Assembly (NCBI GenBank): GCA_902792685.1
Contig: CADBAP010000009.1
Location: 7,067 to 71,066 of the forward strand
DNA from: an uncultured Prevotellaceae bacterium
GTDB lineage: Bacteria; Bacteroidota; Bacteroidia; Bacteroidales; Bacteroidaceae
Direction: 5' to 3'
DNA length: 64,000 nucleotides
This document shows positions 29,881-37,190 of the stretch, piece after piece. Numbering within the stretch: the stretch's first letter is position 1; every line of letters starts with the position of its first letter. Below the pieces are notes generated by a model that saw only the letters and a program-made list of their open reading frames with translations, had not been told where the DNA came from and did no database searches. Both the position numbers and the translations under genes were made by a program.

Positions 29881-30092
29881 GCCACACTGCCACGCAGCCA
29901 CGCAGTCCCATCTTGCGATTTTAGTTTTGCAGTATGGCGAGTCCCATTATCTATATTATATATTATAATATATATATTATAATATATAATATAAAATATA
30001 TACTTATAATTTATAACTTTCAAGAAGCGGTGTTCATTACATTTGAAAAAAGTAAATGGGACAGCGTGGCTGCGTGGCTGCGTGGCTGCGTG
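29881..30092. repeat. convergent GCCACGCA iterons flanking an AT-rich core
   Basis: gccacact gccacgca gccacgca gtcccat (29881-29911) and inverted cacgca gccacgca gccacgca gccacgct gtcccat (30092-30056). Confidence 0.9.
29952..29993. repeat. perfect 42-bp A/T-only palindrome
   Basis: TATATTATATATTATAATATA|TATATTATAATATATAATATA, all 21 pairs checked. Confidence 0.95.
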
Positions 30093-30397
30093 TAGCGCCA
30101 CTGAAGATTTTTCGATTGATTTTTTCTTACATTTTTTCGGAGCGTCAGAAGGTAGTAACAGGTGCCTAATCTCATGGTTTTACAGCCTGTTTTTTGCTGT
30201 TTTCTTTTGCAATTAGCATGTAAATAAGATGTAAATAAGAAACGCTTAAAAATCCTTGTAAATGCCTGTATATGTGTTATTTGCGCGGCACGGTGCGAAT
30301 TCAAAAAACCGATTTTACCCCCGATAATTTGAAAAATGCTTGTGGGGTCAAAACCGTATTCGTACCTTTGCACCGTGAGATGATAACAGTTGAAGTT

Positions 30398-30463
30398 CAA
30401 AAGGTGCCCTTTCGCATGACAAAAGCATACCTTTTAGCGCGCAAAAGCATAGCTTTTAAACAG
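30398..30463. repeat. three 22-bp-period palindromic units (CAAAAG-n5-CTTT)
   Basis: caaaaggtgccctttcgcatga / caaaagcataccttttagcgcg / caaaagcatagcttttaaacag. Confidence 0.8.
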
Positions 30464-30509
30464 CGAAACAGGCGCCACGAAGAACAACGCTGAAAAAATC
30501 GAACAAAAA

Positions 30510-30783
30510 GCCCACCCCAACCCCTCCAACCCCCCTCTTATCCCCCCTTAAAGGGGGGAGGAAGGAAGGAGCAAGGGGCGAGAAGACCCTCCCCGGCTCT
30601 CCCTGTTTAGGGAGAGAGCAAGGAGCAAGGAGCAAGGGGCGAGGGGCGAGAGGCAAGAGACCCCCCTCTGTCTCCCCCGAGGGGGAGAGAAAAAGGGGAA
30701 AGCAGCAAGGAGCAAGGGGCAAGGAGCGAGGAGCAAGGAGCATGGAGCATGGAGCATGGAGCAAGGAGCAAGGGGCAAGGGGA
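30510..30783. repeat. mosaic of three C/G REP-like hairpins and GCAAGG[AG]/GCATGGA heptamer arrays
   Basis: hairpins at 30541-30559, 30597-30616 and 30671-30688; about 11 heptamers at 30705-30782. Confidence 0.88.
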
Positions 30784-30805
30784 CTATAAAAAAAAGGCGG
30801 TAATA

Positions 30806-30837
30806 TTTGGTAGTGTCGTTATTTCGTTGTAATTTTG
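30806..30837 (+). promoter_or_regulatory. canonical Bacteroidetes promoter for queDE
   Basis: TTTG (30806-30809), 20-nt spacer, TAATTTTG (30830-30837). Confidence 0.7.
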
Positions 30838-30844
30838 CACGCAA

Positions 30845-31028
30845 ATAATAAGAATACTGAAAAAATGATGAGTTTTTTCCCTACCCATGCATTGATGGGA
30901 GCTTTTTTCAAGAATACCGCAAGGCTTTCTGTGAACTAAGCATCCTGAATGTTGCATAGCCCTTTTCAAGAAGAAGGGATGATGCCGCATGCCGTTGTCA
31001 TGGGCATGGGGAAGCAAAATAGACGATT
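30845..31028 (+). promoter_or_regulatory. candidate structured 5' leader of queDE
   Basis: several local and long-range stems and a 24-codon uORF (see findings); no known riboswitch consensus recognised. Confidence 0.35.
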
Positions 31029-31394
31029 ATGGTATATTGCATTGCAAAGAAGATGGAGATTGCCGGCTGTCACCAGCTGCAACTGCCTTACGAGAGCAAA
31101 TGTAGCCAGTTGCATGGTCACAACTGGATCATCACCGTGTTCCTGGCATCGAAAGAGGTAAACGAGGAAGGAATGGTGCTTGACTTCAAACAAGTGAAGG
31201 CGAAGATTCACGGCTATCTGGATCATGGCAACTTCAACGAATTGCTGCCCTTCAACCCTACTGCCGAGAACATTGCCGCATGGGTGGTGGAACAGCTGCC
31301 GATGTGCTACAAAGCGATTGTGGAGGAATCGAACGGCAATACGGCACAAGCCTATGACGATGAGTTTCCGATAGAAAGTAAATATTTGATGTGA
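31029..31394 (+). CDS. queD: 6-carboxytetrahydropterin synthase
   Basis: H.L...ESKCSQLHGHNW, GMVLDF, LDH, NPTAENIA, ES motifs. Confidence 0.9.
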   Translation: MVYCIAKKMEIAGCHQLQLPYESKCSQLHGHNWIITVFLASKEVNEEGMVLDFKQVKAKIHGYLDHGNFNELLPFNPTAENIAAWVVEQLPMCYKAIVEESNGNTAQAYDDEFPIESKYLM

Positions 31395-31990
31395 TGAAAA
31401 AGTATAGAATCAACGAGATATTCTATTCGCTACAAGGCGAAGGTAAATATACAGGGCATGCGGCTGTGTTCGTACGCTTCAGCGGCTGCAACCTGCGCTG
31501 TCCGTTCTGCGACACCGACTTCAAGCAGTTTACAGAGATGACGGCAGCAGAGATTGTCAGCCGCGTCAACGAATGGAAAAACTGCGGCTTCGTAGTGCTG
31601 ACAGGCGGCGAGCCTACGCTGCAGGTTGACAAGGAACTGGTAGGCATGCTGAAGGACGAGGGGTTCTATGTGGCAATGGAAACCAACGGCACGGGACACG
31701 TGCCAGAGAATGTTGACTGGGTGACGCTGTCGCCAAAATCATGCTTCGTCAGTCATGCACCTGCATTGGTCACGATGAAGGTAAACGAGGTGAAAGTGGT
31801 TTTCGACGGCATCCACGACCCCAAGCCTTACGGACAGTTGGGTGAAGGTCTGTACCTGAACCTGCAGCCCTGCGACACGGGTGACGAGCACAAAAACCGA
31901 GAAGTGACGCGCCAATGTGTGGAATATATCAAGCAGCATCCGCAATGGCACCTGTCGCTGCAAACGCATAAACTGATTAGTATCCCCTAA
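31391..31990 (+). CDS. queE: 7-carboxy-7-deazaguanine synthase (radical SAM)
   Basis: EIFYSLQGEG, CNLRCPFCDT, TGGEP, ETNG, SPK, LSLQTHK; alternative ATG at 31394. Confidence 0.93.
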   Translation: MMKKYRINEIFYSLQGEGKYTGHAAVFVRFSGCNLRCPFCDTDFKQFTEMTAAEIVSRVNEWKNCGFVVLTGGEPTLQVDKELVGMLKDEGFYVAMETNGTGHVPENVDWVTLSPKSCFVSHAPALVTMKVNEVKVVFDGIHDPKPYGQLGEGLYLNLQPCDTGDEHKNREVTRQCVEYIKQHPQWHLSLQTHKLISIP

Positions 31991-32062
31991 AAAAAACAAT
32001 TTTTACACCTGACAAACATATATTTTCCGTATCTTTGCGCTCAGAAACTTAAAAACGAGCCA

Positions 32063-34720
32063 ATGATACGGAAATTTCTTTTTGCCCTTACCCTTGCAGC
32101 AGGCATCGCTGCACAAGCGCAGACAACAAACAGTAAACAAACACAGGTACCTCTACCCTATCAGGACACACGCCTGTCGGCATACGAACGTGCCAAAGAC
32201 CTTTGCGGCAGACTGACACTGGAGGAGAAGACTTTGCTGATGATGGATGGATCGCCAGCCATCGACCGCTTAGGCATACCTGCCTTCCAATGGTGGAGCG
32301 AAGCCCTGCATGGTGTGGGACGCAACGGCTTTGCAACCGTGTTCCCCATCACACTGGGTATGGCAGCTTCGTTTGACGATGCACTGGTGTATCAGGTATT
32401 CACCGCTGTCAGCGACGAAGCACGCGCCAAGAACACCTTTGCACGCCACACAGGAGACGTGTCCCGCTATCAGGGACTGTCGTTCTGGACACCCAACATC
32501 AATATCTTCCGCGATCCACGATGGGGACGAGGACAGGAGACGTACGGCGAAGACCCGTTTCTCACGGCTCGCATGGGACTGGCGGTTGTCCGCGGACTGC
32601 AAGGGGAAGAATATCAATGCGTAATGCGTAATGCGCAATGCGTAATGAATAATGGTCAATCGTCAATGGTCAATGGTCAATACAAAAAACTCCTCGCTTG
32701 CGCCAAGCACTTCGCCGTACACAGCGGACCTGAATGGAACCGCCATTCGTTCAACGTAGAAAGTCTGCCGGTACGCGACCTTTGGGAAACATACCTGCCT
32801 GCCTTCAAGACATTGGTACAGGAAGGTGATGTGGCAGAAGTGATGTGTGCCTACCAACAGTTAGACGGCGAACCTTGCTGCGGCAACAGCCGTCTGCTAC
32901 AACAGATTCTGCGCGATGAGTGGGGCTTCAAAGGTATCGTCGTATCAGACTGCGGAGCCATCAACGACTTCTGGATGCCCAACCGTCATCACTTCGCTGC
33001 AACAGCACACGAGGCGACTGCCAAAGCCATCAGAGCCGGCACAGACGTAGAGTGCGGCTCGCAATACAAGAGTATTCCTGAAGCTATCCGCGCAGGAGAA
33101 ATGACGGAAGCAGAACTTGACAAGAGTCTCATCCGACTGCTGACAGCCCGTTTTGAACTGGGCGATTTCGATGCCGACGAACTCAATCCCTGGACACAAA
33201 TTCCAATGTCGGTCGTTGCCTGCAAGAAACACAAAGATTTGGCACTACAGGCTGCACGAGAGTCGATAGTACTGCTGAAAAACAACGGCATCCTGCCACT
33301 TCCTGCCGACAGCAAGTCGATTGTCGTCATGGGTCCCAATGCCAACGACTCCGTCATGCAATGGGGCAACTACAGCGGTTATCCCACAGCCACCTCGACC
33401 TTCCTCAAGGGCATTCGCGAGAAGTTGGGCAACGTGAGATACATTCAAGGATGCGGACACACGCGCAACGAGGTGAAAGAGAGCCGATTCCAGCACATAA
33501 CGGTCAGAGGCTCCAGCCAAAAGGGTATCAAGGCAACCTACTGGAACAACACCACGATGGAGGGAAAGCCTGTTGCCACGCAGGTGCTGACGCAACCCGT
33601 CAACCTGAGCAACGGGGGCGCTACGGTCTTTGCACCCAATGTGGAACTGGAGAATTTCTCTGCCCGTCTGGAGGGTACGTTCGTTCCCACTCAAACGGAA
33701 GACATCACGCTGGCACTGGGTTTTGACGACGGTGCCCGTCTGATTGTCAACGGTGACACCCTGGGTGAAACCTGGAAGTCTCGCGCGCGCATACAATATA
33801 CGAATAAGGTGATACACGTAGAGAAAGGGAAACGCTACGACATCACCGTTGAATATTTCCAGAAAAGTGATATGGCTGCCTTGCAGTTCGACCTCATCCA
33901 CCACATCACCCCTACCCCACAACAGCTGCTGGCTGATATCGGCAGCGCACAGACCGTTGTCTTTGTGGGCGGCATATCACCACGACTGGAGGGAGAAGAA
34001 ATGAAGGTGGACGAACCAGGATTCAAGGGCGGAGATCGCACCGACATTGAACTGCCGCAAGTACAGCGCGACCTTATCAGGATGTTACACGAAAACGGCA
34101 AGAAGGTTGTCTTCGTCAACTGTTCCGGATCGGCTATCGCAATGGTGCCAGAAACGGAAACAGCCGATGCCATCCTGCAAGCATGGTATCCGGGTGAACA
34201 GGGCGGAAAGGCGATGGCTGATGTGCTCGTGGGCGACTACAACCCCAGCGGAAAGTTGCCTGTGACCTTCTACAAGAGCGTTAACGACCTGCCCGACTTC
34301 CTGGACTATCAGATGAAGGACCGCACCTACCGCTATTTCAAGGGTGAACCGCTGTTTGCCTTCGGCTATGGACTGAGTTACACCACCTTCAATGTCAAGC
34401 CCACAGAAATAAAAGACGGCAAACTATTGGCAGAGGTGACCAATACAGGGAAGATGGCTGGTACGGAAACGGTACAGCTCTACATCCGCAGAGTGAACGA
34501 CAATAACGGACCGATGAAAGCACTTCGCGGCTACCAGCGTGTAACGTTACAGCCGGGTGAAACGAAGACCATCGAGATGGTTGTTGACAAAAAGACATTG
34601 GAAACATGGGATGCGACCTCCAACACGATGCGCTTTGTGCCTGGAGATTACGAAATCATGGTGGGAACAAGCAGTCGCAAGGAAGACCTAAGGAAATACG
34701 AATTGAGAATTGAGAATTAA
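32063..34720 (+). CDS. GH3 beta-xylosidase/beta-glucosidase with PA14 and Fn3-like domains
   Basis: WWSEALHGV, RDPRWGRGQETYGEDP, KHFAVHSGPE, VSDC nucleophile, FGYGLSYT; -7 box at 32030-32037. Confidence 0.93.
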   Translation: MIRKFLFALTLAAGIAAQAQTTNSKQTQVPLPYQDTRLSAYERAKDLCGRLTLEEKTLLMMDGSPAIDRLGIPAFQWWSEALHGVGRNGFATVFPITLGMAASFDDALVYQVFTAVSDEARAKNTFARHTGDVSRYQGLSFWTPNINIFRDPRWGRGQETYGEDPFLTARMGLAVVRGLQGEEYQCVMRNAQCVMNNGQSSMVNGQYKKLLACAKHFAVHSGPEWNRHSFNVESLPVRDLWETYLPAFKTLVQEGDVAEVMCAYQQLDGEPCCGNSRLLQQILRDEWGFKGIVVSDCGAINDFWMPNRHHFAATAHEATAKAIRAGTDVECGSQYKSIPEAIRAGEMTEAELDKSLIRLLTARFELGDFDADELNPWTQIPMSVVACKKHKDLALQAARESIVLLKNNGILPLPADSKSIVVMGPNANDSVMQWGNYSGYPTATSTFLKGIREKLGNVRYIQGCGHTRNEVKESRFQHITVRGSSQKGIKATYWNNTTMEGKPVATQVLTQPVNLSNGGATVFAPNVELENFSARLEGTFVPTQTEDITLALGFDDGARLIVNGDTLGETWKSRARIQYTNKVIHVEKGKRYDITVEYFQKSDMAALQFDLIHHITPTPQQLLADIGSAQTVVFVGGISPRLEGEEMKVDEPGFKGGDRTDIELPQVQRDLIRMLHENGKKVVFVNCSGSAIAMVPETETADAILQAWYPGEQGGKAMADVLVGDYNPSGKLPVTFYKSVNDLPDFLDYQMKDRTYRYFKGEPLFAFGYGLSYTTFNVKPTEIKDGKLLAEVTNTGKMAGTETVQLYIRRVNDNNGPMKALRGYQRVTLQPGETKTIEMVVDKKTLETWDATSNTMRFVPGDYEIMVGTSSRKEDLRKYELRIEN
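32615..32677 (+). repeat. nine heptamers ([CT]AATnnn) in frame inside the GH3 gene
   Basis: caatgcg taatgcg taatgcg caatgcg taatgaa taatggt caatcgt caatggt caatggt = 63 bp. Confidence 0.9.
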
Positions 34721-34772
34721 TAATTAACTCTCAACCATTACTCCCTCCCTTAGGGAGGGCCGGGGTGGGTCT
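34700..34772. repeat. heptamer run carrying the GH3 stop, plus REP-like hairpin/terminator
   Basis: gaattga gaattga gaattaa taattaa; CCCTCCCT-T-AGGGAGGG. Confidence 0.75.
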
Positions 34773-34773
34773 C

Positions 34774-35556
34774 CTATTTCACCTTCTTGGTAATTTTACC
34801 GTCTTTCGCCACTTTCAATTCCACCACATAACCTGTGGCAGCGTCCGGAATGCCGATGATGGCGTCAAAATAGACGGCAGCGGTATCACTATAGGAATAG
34901 ACAATATCGCGAAGGATGGACTTGGTAAACAGTTCCTGGGGCACCAACGACTCAAAATCCTTCTTCAGGAAAGTCTGTCCCAATAACTTCTGTTGGTTTT
35001 TCGTGACCGACAAGGATACTGCGTGGTCGAGATAAATATTGTCAACCTCAATGCCCTCGCTGTTGAATGACGATTTCACCACACGCTCGGTCGTCGGCTC
35101 AACGTGGATATGACAAGCATAGGAGGCACTGCCCTCGCTGGCTGTCGTATCAGTATCAAAAGTATCAAACTGGTTCAATGCCGTAGAACGATACTGATAG
35201 AACTGCGGAAGTAAAGTCTTATCGTTGCTCTTTACAAGTTTCACCTCTTCCCCACTCTGGTTGACAAACTTGAACAGGAACTCTGCCTGCTTCGTAATCA
35301 GATAACGATTGACACGACAGCCTTCCAGATACAGACTATCCTGATAGATCCAGAAAGCTACGGGCTGACTGATAGAATCGGGATAGAAAATGGAGTCGCC
35401 CTGCACATAGAAAGCAGGACTTCCTTGCTCATCATTTATCCATACACCCTGCAGCATACGCTTCGCATCCAAGTCCTCGCTGTCACGACTATTACCTGTC
35501 GTACAGGCTGTCAGCACGAACGTTGCAAATATCAAATAAAAGATTGAACGTGTCAT
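34774..35556 (-). CDS. lipoprotein, DUF4738-like
   Basis: lipobox VLTAC; LQGVW..GDSIFYPD and EVDNIYLD motifs. Confidence 0.7.
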   Translation of the reverse strand: MTRSIFYLIFATFVLTACTTGNSRDSEDLDAKRMLQGVWINDEQGSPAFYVQGDSIFYPDSISQPVAFWIYQDSLYLEGCRVNRYLITKQAEFLFKFVNQSGEEVKLVKSNDKTLLPQFYQYRSTALNQFDTFDTDTTASEGSASYACHIHVEPTTERVVKSSFNSEGIEVDNIYLDHAVSLSVTKNQQKLLGQTFLKKDFESLVPQELFTKSILRDIVYSYSDTAAVYFDAIIGIPDAATGYVVELKVAKDGKITKKVK

Positions 35557-35568
35557 CGTATCAATTTG

Positions 35569-36120
35569 TTAATCAAATAATTCCGCTTCTTGTATCGAGC
35601 AAGCCTTTAAGTCTTTCTCGCTGGTCAAAACATCTTTCGCATCGATGGGCCAGTCGATGCCTATCGTCTCATCGTTCCAGCGGATACTCGCCTCAGCCTG
35701 TGGCGCATAGACATTGTCAACCTTGTACGTGAAGATAGCCTCATCGCTGAGCACCAGGAAACCGTGAGCAAATCCGCGAGGAATAAAAAACTGGCGTTTA
35801 TTCTCTTCGCTCAGCTCGACAGCCACATATTTGCCGAACGTGGACGAACTCTTCCGAATATCAACGGCGACATCGAGCACACATCCCTTGACAACCCGAA
35901 CCAACTTCGCCTGTGAGAACTCGCCTTTCTGGTAGTGCAAGCCACGCAGCACACCATAGCTCGACTTCGACTCGTTGTCCTGGATAAACGACACATGACG
36001 ACCGATATGTTCATCAAACTCTGCTTGTTTCCAAGCCTCAAAGAAATAACCACGCTGGTCATTGAACACCTTCGGTTCAATAACCCACACACCTTCTATG
36101 GCTGCTTGTATGTAATTCAT
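35569..36120 (-). CDS. rfbC: dTDP-4-dehydrorhamnose 3,5-epimerase
   Basis: DQRGYFFE, GVLRGLHYQ, QAKLV, DVAVDIR, PRGFAHGF. Confidence 0.96.
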   Translation of the reverse strand: MNYIQAAIEGVWVIEPKVFNDQRGYFFEAWKQAEFDEHIGRHVSFIQDNESKSSYGVLRGLHYQKGEFSQAKLVRVVKGCVLDVAVDIRKSSSTFGKYVAVELSEENKRQFFIPRGFAHGFLVLSDEAIFTYKVDNVYAPQAEASIRWNDETIGIDWPIDAKDVLTSEKDLKACSIQEAELFD

Positions 36121-36253
36121 ATTTCTAACGATAACGATAACTGATTTGTAACTTTTCGTGCAAAGGTAACAATAAAATCGGAAAAGTGAAATTTATTAGA
36201 AAAAAATTCGACGAAGATTTTTGTATTCACAAAAAACTTTGTAAATTTGCAAC

Positions 36254-37189
36254 GTGATTGAACTGGAAAGACATATTGAAATCCTGCTGTTGAGCAACGA
36301 CTGTGTCGTTGTTCCAGGTTTGGGCGGCTTTGTAGCCCATTATATTGAAGCACGATACGACGAGGAAGACGCACTGTTCTTGCCGCCGTTGCGTACGCTG
36401 GGCTTTAATGCACAGCTCACCATGAACGACTCCCTGTTGGCACAGGCTTACGTTGAAGCTTACGACATCAGCTATCCGGAAGCCCTGCGACGCATTGAGG
36501 ACGAAGTGGAAGAGTTGCACCAGCACATCAACAACGAAGGGTTTTATGAGTTACATGATATAGGCACCCTCGCAACCAACGCAGAGGGCCATCTGGAGTT
36601 CCACCCCTGCGAGGCTGGACTGCTGACACCGTCGCTCTACGGACTCACTTCTTTTGAGATGCCGACACTGGCATACGGTTCAGGAAGTCTCTCAACCGTA
36701 CGCCAGACAGGGGATCGTGCTGAAATCATCACCATCCGCAAGAGCACGATTCGTAAGATTGCTGCCGCAGCCATTGTGATTTTCGCCCTCTTCCTCATTC
36801 CTCCGACGACCTCATGGGAACCATCGAGTCACATCCAACAGAGTTCTGTGATCAACTTCCAATCCTGGGAACGTCCCAACGTAAAGCCTGACGCCACCGT
36901 TGAGCAGGCTATCACGACGGTCCAGCAAGTTGCTGCAACCAATAACTTTGTGAAGGACAACGACTACTGGACACTTGTTCTTGCCAGCCATATTAGCAAA
37001 GACAATGCAGCGTCTTTTATTGCAAGCCTCCAGCAAAAAGGTTTCCAGCAGGCACGCATTCTTGAACAGAGCAACGTGATCAAGGTTGTATATGGCCAAT
37101 ACCCCAGCAAGGACAATGCTTACGAAAATCTGAAGCAACTGAAAGGCAACAGCGACTTCGCGCAAGCATGGGTTTTGGAAGTGAAATAA
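36254..37189 (+). CDS. HU/CCDC81-like N-domain plus SPOR-domain protein
   Basis: CVVVPGLGGFV N-terminus, one TM, C-terminal SPOR-like segment ending AWV; GTG just after TAAATTTG (36242-36249). Confidence 0.8.
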   Translation: MIELERHIEILLLSNDCVVVPGLGGFVAHYIEARYDEEDALFLPPLRTLGFNAQLTMNDSLLAQAYVEAYDISYPEALRRIEDEVEELHQHINNEGFYELHDIGTLATNAEGHLEFHPCEAGLLTPSLYGLTSFEMPTLAYGSGSLSTVRQTGDRAEIITIRKSTIRKIAAAAIVIFALFLIPPTTSWEPSSHIQQSSVINFQSWERPNVKPDATVEQAITTVQQVAATNNFVKDNDYWTLVLASHISKDNAASFIASLQQKGFQQARILEQSNVIKVVYGQYPSKDNAYENLKQLKGNSDFAQAWVLEVK

Positions 37190-37190
37190 T

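Larger units (their letters stand above)
29668..30380. mobile_element. protein-free nested inverted-repeat element (origin-like or end-junction-like)
   Basis: 165-bp arms 29668-29832 and 30216-30380 (139/165 identical ungapped, hand count), inner inverted octamers, central AT palindrome; mobility is inferred only. Confidence 0.55.

Noticed and set aside
29810..30238. chromosomal oriC (four TTATTTACA, one mismatch to the TTATNCACA DnaA box)
   Set aside because: All four miss the same conserved C, gene orientation does not switch across the site, and the context is accessory DNA; GC skew would settle it.
29429..30493. ORFs 29531-29767 (+) and 30020-30400 (-) sharing QRY.YGFDPT.IFQIIGGKIGFL, and the mirror pair 29429-29719 (-) / 30272-30493 (+)
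   Set aside because: The similarity is just the translation of the inverted arms; it appears in both reading directions, overlaps promoter boxes and ends where the DNA repeat ends.
30845..31028. known preQ1, TPP or cobalamin riboswitch, or hammerhead ribozyme
   Set aside because: I could not find their conserved cores by eye; the region is kept only as an unassigned candidate leader.
31029..31990. dpd-type DNA 7-deazaguanine modification island or prophage
   Set aside because: No dpdA/tgt paralogue, queC, folE or phage genes lie nearby.
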